Of a stretch of 64,000 nucleotides of DNA, positions 29,560-38,391 are shown piece by piece. Source of the stretch: Candidatus Eiseniibacteriota bacterium (GTDB lineage Bacteria; Acidobacteriota; Terriglobia; Acidiferrales; UBA7541); the NCBI GenBank assembly GCA_035607085.1, contig DATMZI010000096.1, forward strand, positions 4,227 to 68,226, read 5' to 3'. Numbering within the stretch: position 1 is the first letter of the stretch; every line of letters begins with the position of its first letter. Both the position numbers and the translations under genes were made by a program. The notes under the pieces are model-generated. The model did not search any database. It was not told the DNA's origin and saw only the letters and a list, made by a program, of their open reading frames with translations.

Positions 29560-30879
29560 ATGGGCGAGGGGACTATCAATCCGGAGCGGTGGGAAGCAAC
29601 GCCCGCGTTTTGGCATGCGGTGGCGCTGCTTTTGATTCTGCTTTTTGCCTTATGGCTGCGGCCGGTGCCGCTGCACGCCGATACCTCCCTGCAGGGGTAC
29701 CTTCAAGTTGTAACCGGCCTTTTGGCCTTTGTGTTTTCCGCCGTCACTCTGGTTCGCTTTCAGGGTACGCAAGACCGCATTTCGCTGATCCTTGGCGCGG
29801 GCTTCATGCTTTCTGGCGCCGTGCTCGCAGGCTCCAGCGTTCTTTTTTTCCAACTTCCCGCCGAACAGCAGCTCCGCATTCAATGGGCTCCTGTGGCGTT
29901 ATGGGTTGGGCGAATCATCCTTGGGCTGCTGCTTGTTGTGGCCTTGCTCGTCGAGCATTTTTTGCCGCGTTCCCGTCGGCCCAAAATCGAAATTGCCGGG
30001 GCCTTGCTCAGCGTCGTCGCTCTGACCTACGCCATAACCGTCGCGCTGCGGCGTCTGCCCACCGAAACCTCGGCGCATCCCGGCGCATTTTTCCCTTCGC
30101 CGCAGCAGCTGTTGCCCGGTGCGGTTTTTCTTCTGGCTGCGATTTGGTATCGCCGTCGCCTCAACCAGGTCTACACCGCTTTTGATCGTTCCATCTACGT
30201 GGCCGCTTGGATGAATCTCGCCTCGCAGCTTGCTGCTTCTCAGTCGCAACGCCTGCTCGACGCACCATTCCTGCTTTCGCAGGCGTTTACTGTACTCGGT
30301 TACGCCATTGCTCTCGGCGGCGCGCTGCTGGATAACGCCCGTCTGTTTGAACAGGTCCGCCATCTCGCCGTCAGCGATCCGCTTACTGGTCTGGCCAATT
30401 ATCGCCGGCTCCTTGATGTTCTTGAGACCGAAACCGAGCGCACCAATCGCAGCGGGCGCCCGTTCGCCATTCTTTTGTTGGATCTCGATGGCTTGAAAAA
30501 AATCAACGATACCTACGGCCACCTGGTAGGCAGCCGCGCCATCTGCCGCGTGGGAGATATTCTCCGGATCCACTGCCGGTCGATTGACACCGCCGCGCGT
30601 TACGGCGGTGACGAATTTGCCCTGGTGCTTCCGGAGTCGGAAGAAACCGAAGCCGAAAGCGTGGCCGGTCGTGTTCGTCACGTAATGGAGATGGATCCAG
30701 AAAAACCGGCACTCTCGGCCAGCATTGGGATCAGCGTCTATCGCGGAGGCGGCACGCGCATTGAAAAACTGTTGTCCGACGCCGACGCCCGCCTGTATCA
30801 GGAAAAATCCAAGCGCGGTCGTAGGGCAGCGTCCGGCGGAGCGGCGCGCCGCCGCGTTCCACGTCCGGGCCACGCCTGA
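29560..30879 (+). CDS. Membrane-anchored diguanylate cyclase
   Basis: About 8 TM helices, then SDPLTGLAN, DLDGLKKINDTYGH, I-site RSID and GGDEF. Confidence 0.92.
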   Translation: MGEGTINPERWEATPAFWHAVALLLILLFALWLRPVPLHADTSLQGYLQVVTGLLAFVFSAVTLVRFQGTQDRISLILGAGFMLSGAVLAGSSVLFFQLPAEQQLRIQWAPVALWVGRIILGLLLVVALLVEHFLPRSRRPKIEIAGALLSVVALTYAITVALRRLPTETSAHPGAFFPSPQQLLPGAVFLLAAIWYRRRLNQVYTAFDRSIYVAAWMNLASQLAASQSQRLLDAPFLLSQAFTVLGYAIALGGALLDNARLFEQVRHLAVSDPLTGLANYRRLLDVLETETERTNRSGRPFAILLLDLDGLKKINDTYGHLVGSRAICRVGDILRIHCRSIDTAARYGGDEFALVLPESEETEAESVAGRVRHVMEMDPEKPALSASIGISVYRGGGTRIEKLLSDADARLYQEKSKRGRRAASGGAARRRVPRPGHA

Positions 30880-30956
30880 AACGGCGGGCAAATTCGCAAG
30901 TTGCGTCAGGGTACGGGAAGGGCAACGCTAGGCACGTCGCCTGAACCTGCAGTCCG

Positions 30957-32351
30957 TTACTGCTTGGCCCCATAAGGAGCCAGCTGTTCCGCCACCGTGG
31001 ACTTGTCGCCCACCACCACAATCGTCATCTGGTCCGGTTTGATGTACTGTGCGGTCATTTTCGTCACGTCCGACGGTGTGACCGCATTCACTTTTTGCAC
31101 GTAGGTTTTCAAATAATCCTCGCCCAGGCCTTGAAGGTCCACGAAACGAAGCTGGTTGACCAGCGCTCCGCGCGAAGAGTTCTGGATCACAAATAAGCCG
31201 GAGAGATAGCTCTGGATCCCTTTCAGTTCGCTATCGGCAGGCGGCTCCTTCGCCAGCCTGTTGATTTCCCCAAAAATTTCCTTCAGCGAAGCGCCAGTGT
31301 ATTGCGTTGTCACGTCCGCCGTCTCCGCCCAGTACGCGTCGTGGTAGCGGCGCGAAACCTGACTGGTGGGCGAATACGTGTAGCCTTTCTGCTCGCGAAT
31401 ATTCGACGTAATGCGCGATCCGAACGAGCCGCCCAGCAGCGCGTTGGTAACGCCGAGTGGGATGGAGTCTGGACTCGTCGCATTGGGCACGGGCATTCCT
31501 ACCAGTAGTGTGGATTGCGGGGTGCCGGGCCGGTCGGTCAAATCCAGCACATGCTGCGGCTTCACTTTCGGCACATTGTTCACCGCGGCCGGTCCCTTCG
31601 CCCAGTCTCCGAAGCTCGCGGCAATCGCTTTCTTGGCTGCCGCCACGTCAAATCGGCCCGCGACATACAAGTGCGACCGAGCGGCGCCAAAGTTTCCTTC
31701 GTAAAATTTCCTGATCTCCGCGACGCTCGTTTTCTCGATGCTCTCCTGCGTGGGGAACACCGTGCCGTAAGGATGATCGCCATAAAGAATTTTGCGAAAC
31801 TTCTCCAGCGCCATGTTTTGCGGCACCGACTTGGAAATCGTAAGCTGCCGCTGCGCGTCGTTCTTCAAGCGCGGCAACTCCGATTCCGGGAAAAGCGGAT
31901 GCTGCACGACATCCGCAAGAAGTGCAACGGCCTTCGGACCGAACTCGCTCAGAACATCGGTCGTCACGTCGCTTTCGTCTGCGCCCACCGTGATCGTCAC
32001 AGCACCGCCCATGCCGGCGGCTTCTTCAGCAATTTGCTTGGAGCTCTTTGCAGCTGTTCCTTCTTTCATCAGCTTGCCGGCCATGTCGGCGAGGCCGGGC
32101 ATGTCGGCCGGGTCGTTCAGATTGCCGCTGCGTACGACCAGACTTAGCGTGACCTTCGGCAAATTGCCGTAAGGCACCAGCGTGACCTTCATTCCGTTGG
32201 CCAGTGCGTAGCTTTCATTCGCCGGCACAACAAACGGTTTTGGCGGACCACCTGCCGGAGGAGCCTGCTTCTCCTGCGCGGCAAGCGGCAAAGTGCAAAG
32301 AGCGAACGTTGCGGCGGCGATGGCAATTTTGTTCGTCATGTTCGTGCTCAT
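30957..32351 (-). CDS. M16B peptidase, non-catalytic subunit
   Basis: LGGSFGSRITSNIREQKGYTY; no HxxEH; adjacent to the catalytic partner. Confidence 0.9.
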   Translation of the reverse strand: MSTNMTNKIAIAAATFALCTLPLAAQEKQAPPAGGPPKPFVVPANESYALANGMKVTLVPYGNLPKVTLSLVVRSGNLNDPADMPGLADMAGKLMKEGTAAKSSKQIAEEAAGMGGAVTITVGADESDVTTDVLSEFGPKAVALLADVVQHPLFPESELPRLKNDAQRQLTISKSVPQNMALEKFRKILYGDHPYGTVFPTQESIEKTSVAEIRKFYEGNFGAARSHLYVAGRFDVAAAKKAIAASFGDWAKGPAAVNNVPKVKPQHVLDLTDRPGTPQSTLLVGMPVPNATSPDSIPLGVTNALLGGSFGSRITSNIREQKGYTYSPTSQVSRRYHDAYWAETADVTTQYTGASLKEIFGEINRLAKEPPADSELKGIQSYLSGLFVIQNSSRGALVNQLRFVDLQGLGEDYLKTYVQKVNAVTPSDVTKMTAQYIKPDQMTIVVVGDKSTVAEQLAPYGAKQ

Positions 32352-32360
32352 TTCGCTCTC

Positions 32361-33773
32361 CTAGTTCTTTGCCGGCGCCTCGGCCGGTTTCGCCGCTTCA
32401 GGTTTGACTTCCAGTACCAGCACGGTCCGGTTTTCCGGTTTCAAATATTCCTGTGCTGTCTTCTGAATCAATTCCGGCGTGACTTTCTCGAACTCTGAAA
32501 CCAGCGTGTTGATGCGCGCCGGGTTGTCGTCAAAGAGCGCGAAGCTGGCCAGCAGGTCCGCCAGTCCGAATCCATTCAATTGGTTGACATTGTCATAAAA
32601 ATCGGAACGCAGCTTCACGCGTGCCCGGTCCAGAACCGCCTTGTCCACCGGCTTGGTGCGCAGCGGTTCGACCGCCGTGTCCCAGGCTTTCACAATTGTC
32701 TCTGGCTTCGTCGCCGCGTCATGTCGCAGGTCCGCCATGAATAGCATCGGCCCTTTGTAATTGAACATATTACCGAGGTAGTTGATTCCGCCCTGCACCG
32801 CTGCGGTCAATCCCTGCTTCTGCACCAGTTCCTGATACGCCAGGCTGTCGTCGCCTTCGATCAGCATCTGATCAATCAAACCCATTGCGTAGTACTCCGG
32901 AGAGTTGCGTTCCGGCATGTGGTACGCGATGGCGATGCCGGGCCGTTTGGCGAGTGCGTCCACACGGCTGGCGTTCTTTTCTTTCGTCTGTTTCGGTTCT
33001 GCCAGGTCGGGCTGCGCGGGCAGGTCCGACGCTTTGATTCCGCCAAAGTACTTTTCCACCCACTGTCGCGCTTGCACCACCTCGAAGTCACCGACAATTG
33101 CCAGCGCCGCGTTATTGGGGGCGTAGTAGGTTTTGAAGAACGCCTGCACGTCGCTCAGTGTGGCCGCCTCAATGTCCTTCAAATCGCCGTAAAAATTGTG
33201 CGCGTTGTACCAGTTGGTGTTCGCATACTGCGGCATGTCCAGCCACGGGAATCCGCCATACGGCCGGTTGATTACATTGACTTTCACTTCGTTGCCGACC
33301 ACGCCCTGCTGATTCTTTAAATTGTCTTCGGTGACCGCCAAACCGTTCATGCGGTCGGCTTCGGCCCATAGTGCCGTTTCCAGTTTGTTCGATGGCAAAA
33401 TCTCAAAGTAGTTCGTGAAGTCAAAACGCGTCGAACCGTTCAGGATTCCGCCGTTCTGCTGCACCAGCTTGATGAACTCCATCTTGCCCAAGTTCTGCGA
33501 ACCCTGAAACATCATGTGTTCGAAAAGGTGCGCAAATCCCGTGCGATCCTTGGGCTCCACGCGAAACCCGATCCGGTAATACACCGCCACACAAACGGTC
33601 GGCGCCGTGTGGTCCGGCGAGAGCACCACGCGCAGGCCGTTGGGCAATTTGTAATACTCCACCGGGACTTTTAACTCAGCCGCCGGCGCGGCCACCATAC
33701 TCCCCGCGCACAGCGCCAGCAAAGCTGCAATCGCCGTCAGCCAGCAAAATCCCCGCCACACGCGCGCAACCAT
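32361..33773 (-). CDS. M16B peptidase, catalytic subunit
   Basis: GFAHLFEHMMFQGS inverted zinc motif; YYAPNNA. Confidence 0.93.
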   Translation of the reverse strand: MVARVWRGFCWLTAIAALLALCAGSMVAAPAAELKVPVEYYKLPNGLRVVLSPDHTAPTVCVAVYYRIGFRVEPKDRTGFAHLFEHMMFQGSQNLGKMEFIKLVQQNGGILNGSTRFDFTNYFEILPSNKLETALWAEADRMNGLAVTEDNLKNQQGVVGNEVKVNVINRPYGGFPWLDMPQYANTNWYNAHNFYGDLKDIEAATLSDVQAFFKTYYAPNNAALAIVGDFEVVQARQWVEKYFGGIKASDLPAQPDLAEPKQTKEKNASRVDALAKRPGIAIAYHMPERNSPEYYAMGLIDQMLIEGDDSLAYQELVQKQGLTAAVQGGINYLGNMFNYKGPMLFMADLRHDAATKPETIVKAWDTAVEPLRTKPVDKAVLDRARVKLRSDFYDNVNQLNGFGLADLLASFALFDDNPARINTLVSEFEKVTPELIQKTAQEYLKPENRTVLVLEVKPEAAKPAEAPAKN

Positions 33774-33887
33774 AGCTCCTCCAAACTTTCGTTGGACCCT
33801 ATAAACCAGCATTTGGGCACACCAACCGCTTCATCTACACAGACGTATTCGGCGCTAATAAGTTTCCTGGCCTTCCTCACTCGCACC

Positions 33888-35045
33888 TCAGTACACAGTC
33901 CGCTTTTGTACCGTCTCCTTGCTCGCCAGCGCGAACCGCAACTCGCCGCCGGCTCCATCCAGGAGCCGCCGCGTAACGTGCTCCCCCACAGCCGGGCCAT
34001 GCTTGAACCCATGACCCGATCCTCCTCCTGCCAGCCACACATTCTTCATCTCAGGATGCCGGTCGATAAGGAACTCCCCACTGGACGTGTTTTCGTACTG
34101 GCACACCCGCGTTTCCACGATTGGCGAGCCCTTTAGAGCCGGGAAGCGGTAAGCCACGTATCGCTGGATTTCGGTGACCTCCTTCTCCGTTACGATCCGC
34201 GACTGCGTGTCGGGATCAATTTGCTCGCCATGCCGGTCCAGCGCAATCTTCAAGCCGCGGCTTTCCAGGTTCGGCATTCCATAACATTCGTCATTTTTGA
34301 AAAGCCAGGTTGGCAGATGCGGCGGCGAAAACCGGGTGTCGCCGGGCGGAATTCCGAAATAAAAGACGGGCTGGCGCGTCGGAAAGATTTTCGTCCCGAG
34401 GATTTCCGGGAACAGGGTCGCCAGCCACGCTCCGCAGGCAAAGACATAGTCTCCGGCCGAGAACCTTTCTCCCAACTTGGTCTCGATTTGACTGATCTTC
34501 CCCATTCCTTGCGGAACGCTCACTTCAGCCGGTAGGTAGTGCACTCCGATTCGCACCGCCTCCGCCACCGTTGCTGCCACGGCCCGGCGAGCCATCAATA
34601 CCCCGCTCTCCGGTTCGTAAACTCCTACGCTGATTTCTTCCATATGGATCTGCGGATATCTTTTTGCAAGCGACGCGCTATCGTGTTCGCAAAAAGGAAC
34701 TCCACACCGTCTCAGCACCTGTCGCGTCGCCTGCAACGCTGGATTTCCCGCCTCCGCCAGCCACAGCACTCCAGTCTTTTGAAACAGCGGCTCATTTCGC
34801 GTAGCGGCGAACAACTCATTCCATTGCAGCAGCGATTCCTGCGACCACCGCGTGTAAATCTCATCCGCGCCGTACCCCATCCGGATGATGCGCGATTCGT
34901 CCCCGGAACTCGATCGTGAGTGCCCCGGCCCGTGCGCTTCCAGCAGCACTACCCGTTTGCCGCGGCGGGCCAGTTGCAGTGCCGTCCACGCGCCAAACAC
35001 TCCCGCGCCCACCACCGCTACGTCATAAGTTTTTGCAAGACTCAT
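33888..35045 (-). CDS. FAD-dependent oxidoreductase (monomeric sarcosine oxidase/SolA-like)
   Basis: VVGAGVFG, SSGDESRIIR, VCQYENT, GSGHGFKHGP. Confidence 0.88.
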   Translation of the reverse strand: MSLAKTYDVAVVGAGVFGAWTALQLARRGKRVVLLEAHGPGHSRSSSGDESRIIRMGYGADEIYTRWSQESLLQWNELFAATRNEPLFQKTGVLWLAEAGNPALQATRQVLRRCGVPFCEHDSASLAKRYPQIHMEEISVGVYEPESGVLMARRAVAATVAEAVRIGVHYLPAEVSVPQGMGKISQIETKLGERFSAGDYVFACGAWLATLFPEILGTKIFPTRQPVFYFGIPPGDTRFSPPHLPTWLFKNDECYGMPNLESRGLKIALDRHGEQIDPDTQSRIVTEKEVTEIQRYVAYRFPALKGSPIVETRVCQYENTSSGEFLIDRHPEMKNVWLAGGGSGHGFKHGPAVGEHVTRRLLDGAGGELRFALASKETVQKRTVY

Positions 35046-35105
35046 CGCGGATTATCGTACCGCACGCCCGTTTGTGCGGTGCAGAGAGATTGGCTGCGCT
35101 ACCCC

Positions 35106-35900
35106 TTACAACTTAAAGCCTTTGGCAAACGCCCCCAGCGGTTCCGCCCACCGCGCCAGCCGCTCCAGCGACTCATCATGCGTAGGATCCAGATGCAGCG
35201 GCGTCACGCTCGCATCTCCTGCGAACACCGCCTGGTAATCCGTGCCCGGTTCCACGTCCTTGTCAAACTTCTGCTCGAAAATCCAATAATATGAGCGCCC
35301 CTTGGGATCTTTTCCTTCACTCAACTGATTCCGCGTGATCTTTTTCGATTGCCGCGTGAACCGCACCTCGCCGCTCCACGGCTCCGGCACATTCACATTC
35401 AACAGCACCTGGTCCGGCAACCCTTCCTTCAAAATAATTTCCGCCGCCGATCGTGCAATCCGCGCCGCATTCGCAAAATTCTGTTCCATCTTCCGCGCGG
35501 CCAGCGACATCGCCACCGCCGGAATGTGATGCAACGCCGCCTCCCGCGCTGCCCCCACCGTTCCGGAGTAATACACGTTCTCGCCCATGTTTGCGCCGTG
35601 GTTGATTCCGGAAATCACCAGGTCCGGCCGCTCCGGTAACAGTTTATGCAGCGCCACAATCACCGCATCCGCCGGCGTTCCCTCCACACCCCAGTGCCGC
35701 TCAGTTTTCGGATGCACCACAATCGGCCGCCGCAGCGTCAGCGATTGCGCCGTCCCGCTCTGCTCTGCAAACGGCGCCACCACCCACACCGTCGCGAAGT
35801 CCTGCAGCACCTCTTGCAGCGCCCGCAACCCGTCCGCGCCGTACCCATCATCATTGGTCAGCAGGATATTTGCTTTGCTCAAAATGGTCGAAGAAACCAA
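35106..35900 (-). CDS. surE: 5'/3'-nucleotidase SurE
   Basis: ILLTNDDG, GTPADAV, SGINHGANMG..YSGTVGAA, SVTPL. Confidence 0.96.
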   Translation of the reverse strand: MVSSTILSKANILLTNDDGYGADGLRALQEVLQDFATVWVVAPFAEQSGTAQSLTLRRPIVVHPKTERHWGVEGTPADAVIVALHKLLPERPDLVISGINHGANMGENVYYSGTVGAAREAALHHIPAVAMSLAARKMEQNFANAARIARSAAEIILKEGLPDQVLLNVNVPEPWSGEVRFTRQSKKITRNQLSEGKDPKGRSYYWIFEQKFDKDVEPGTDYQAVFAGDASVTPLHLDPTHDESLERLARWAEPLGAFAKGFKL

Positions 35901-35942
35901 TGTAGCGCCGGGCTTTTACCCGGCTTTTCAGGAATGAGAAAC

Positions 35943-36019
35943 TGGTCGGGGCGCCCGGATTTGAACCGGGGACCTCACGCACCCCAAGCGTGCGCGCTAC
36001 CAGACTGCGCTACGCCCCG
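35943..36019 (-). tRNA. tRNA-Pro(GGG)
   Basis: CGGGGCGTAGCGCAGTCTGGTAGCGCGCACGCTTGGGGTGCGTGAGGTCCCCGGTTCAAATCCGGGCGCCCCGACCA; cloverleaf, GGG anticodon, encoded CCA. Confidence 0.97.
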
Positions 36020-36040
36020 ACAATCCAAGTCTACCGCGAA

Positions 36041-36436
36041 TCAACCTTTTTCGAGAAGTGTCAAGAACGCCCGCAGCGAATCGCGCATGTCCAGCAGCAG
36101 CTTGCGATTCAGCAACTGATGCGCGCCATGCCCGGGAGGAATCGCAGCGCCCTCTTCCGGCGCCGTGCCGCCTTCGCGTAAATGCCGCCGTGCTCCCGCA
36201 ATCGTGAATCCCTCGTCATACAGCAACCGCTTGATCTTCAAAATCAACCGCACATCTTCTTCGCGATATAGCCGCCGCCCGTTCGGACCCTTCTCCGGCT
36301 CCAGCATGGGAAACTCGGTCTCCCAATACCGCAGCACAAACGCCTTCACGCTGGTCATCCGGCTGACCTCGCCGATGCGATACACTCCCTCTTCGGTTTC
36401 GAGCGAAGTCTGCGTAGCCGCCCCGTTATTCGCCAT
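36041..36436 (-). CDS. MerR family transcriptional regulator
   Basis: YRIGEVS..VLRYWETEFP..GRRLY..LLYDEGFTIAGAR; typical merR-tRNA-Pro context. Confidence 0.93.
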   Translation of the reverse strand: MANNGAATQTSLETEEGVYRIGEVSRMTSVKAFVLRYWETEFPMLEPEKGPNGRRLYREEDVRLILKIKRLLYDEGFTIAGARRHLREGGTAPEEGAAIPPGHGAHQLLNRKLLLDMRDSLRAFLTLLEKG

Positions 36437-36597
36437 AGCCGCGATTCTAGCAACTTGTTGCGCACTCGTGTAGTGGCCCGGGTAGTGACTCTAGTGACCG
36501 GACTTCACGCCGGCTTTCTAGCCCGCTTGCCGCCAGCCAGCGCCCTCGTCATTCCGGGCAAAGCGAGGCATCTCTCTTCGCTTTGCATCAACGCGAT

Positions 36598-38160
36598 CTA
36601 CTCGTCGTCGCTCGCAGAGCACTTCTCCCGATTATCCCGCTTCCGCAACCGCTGCACCCACCGCACCGGCGTCCCCGCAAAATCAAACTTCGCCCGCAGC
36701 TGATTCTCCAAAAATCGCTCATATGCAAAATGCAGCGGCTGCTTCTGATTTGTAAACAATAAGAATGTCGGCGGCCCGGTCTTCGCCTGCGTCACGTAAT
36801 AAATCCGGATCGGACGGGACTTCGGCAGCGTCCCGCGCTGCAAATCAATGGACTTCAGCCACCGATTCAGTTCCGGCGTTGAAATTTTTCGCTTCCGCGC
36901 CGCCGCCACGTGATCAATCAGCGGAAAAAGTTTCTCCGCCCGCTCGCCCGACTTCGCCGATAAAAACTCGATTGGCGCATAACTCAAGAATTTCAGCTTC
37001 TTGCGAATAAGCTCTTCGTACTCCTCCATCAGCTTGCCCTTATCCACATACTCGGTCGCCGCCTTGCGGTCCGCCGCGCGCCGCGCCTTCCCGCGCGCTG
37101 TAGCGCCTTCCCGATTCGCCGCCACCTGTGCCGCCGCTACCGCCAAATCCCATTTGTTCACCACAATAATTACGCTGCGCCCGGACTCTTCTGCGTAGCT
37201 CGCAATCTGCGCGTCACCCTGTGTGACCCCCATTTCGCCATCGACGATCAGCAGTGCCACGTCGCAGCGTTCCAGCCCGCGCCTCGCCATCACCACGCTC
37301 AATTTTTCGGCCACCAGATTCGTCTTGCCCTTGCGCCGGATCCCCGCCGTATCCACAAATCGATACTGTTTGCCGCCGCGCTGCACATCCGTATCCACCG
37401 AATCCACCGTCGTCCCCGGCATTGGCGACACGATCGATCGCTCTTCCCCCGCCATCCGATTCAGCAGCGTACTCTTGCCCACATTCGGCCGCCCGATAAT
37501 CGCAATCTCCGTAAACTGTTTTTCTTCCGCGCTCTCCTGCTTCGCCGGAACGCCCGCTGCGTCCTGGTCTTCGTAGGGGCGCAGCATGCTATGCTCCATC
37601 TGGACACGATGTAAGCCGGAAACAGCCTCCGGATCCTGCACCTTCGGTTCCTTCAACTCGGCCGCCGTCTTCTCCAACGCAAAATCCAGCAAATCGTCCA
37701 CGCCCGTCCCCTGCTCCGCCGCAATCGGAAAAATCCGTGCCCCCAGCGAATGGAACTCCGCCGCGTGCATTTCCTGCGCCACCGCATCCACTTTGTTCAC
37801 CGCCACCACGAACGGTTTGCCTGTCCCGCGCAGCAGTTGCGCCAGCTCCTGGTCCAGCGGCGTCACGCCGGTCTGGTTGTCCACCACCATCACCAGCAGC
37901 GAGGCTTTCTCGAACGCCATGCGCGCCTGCCGCAAAATTTCCTGCGGAATCAGGGCCTTGTCGTCCGGAATAATTCCGCCCGTATCCACAATCTCCAGTT
38001 CCCGCCCGCGCCACTCCGCTTTGCCATAAATCCGGTCGCGCGTAATCCCCGGCTCATTGGTCACAATCGAGCGCCGCGTCCCCGTAAGCCGGTTAAAGAG
38101 CGTGGACTTGCCCACATTGGGCCGCCCGACAATCACCAGAGATGGCATTTTCGTCGACAT
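36598..38160 (-). CDS. der: Ribosome biogenesis GTPase Der (EngA)
   Basis: Two G domains (GRPNVGKST twice, DTGG/DTAG, NKVD/NKWD) and a C-terminal KH-like domain. Confidence 0.97.
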   Translation of the reverse strand: MSTKMPSLVIVGRPNVGKSTLFNRLTGTRRSIVTNEPGITRDRIYGKAEWRGRELEIVDTGGIIPDDKALIPQEILRQARMAFEKASLLVMVVDNQTGVTPLDQELAQLLRGTGKPFVVAVNKVDAVAQEMHAAEFHSLGARIFPIAAEQGTGVDDLLDFALEKTAAELKEPKVQDPEAVSGLHRVQMEHSMLRPYEDQDAAGVPAKQESAEEKQFTEIAIIGRPNVGKSTLLNRMAGEERSIVSPMPGTTVDSVDTDVQRGGKQYRFVDTAGIRRKGKTNLVAEKLSVVMARRGLERCDVALLIVDGEMGVTQGDAQIASYAEESGRSVIIVVNKWDLAVAAAQVAANREGATARGKARRAADRKAATEYVDKGKLMEEYEELIRKKLKFLSYAPIEFLSAKSGERAEKLFPLIDHVAAARKRKISTPELNRWLKSIDLQRGTLPKSRPIRIYYVTQAKTGPPTFLLFTNQKQPLHFAYERFLENQLRAKFDFAGTPVRWVQRLRKRDNREKCSASDDE

Positions 38161-38391
38161 TTTACGTAGTCGCCTGTTAACAGAGCGCAATCGCGCTCGC
38201 GCGGCAACCTTCCAGTGTAGCAGCCCTCGCTCTCTGGCGGTCCGTCTTGTCTCCCAAGCACCTCATCGATACCGGTTGCTTGACGCACCGACAACCCCGC
38301 ACTACCGTAAATGCACTACGGATTTCGTGTAAAACCGAATCTCCGCTGGTTTCGGCTGGGGTGCCGCCAGGGAGCAGTCTTGGGGGGGTCT

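Noticed and set aside
35943-36019. tRNA-Pro as a prophage/island integration site
   Set aside because: No integrase or duplicated tRNA 3' end seen; flanks are the usual merR and surE genes.
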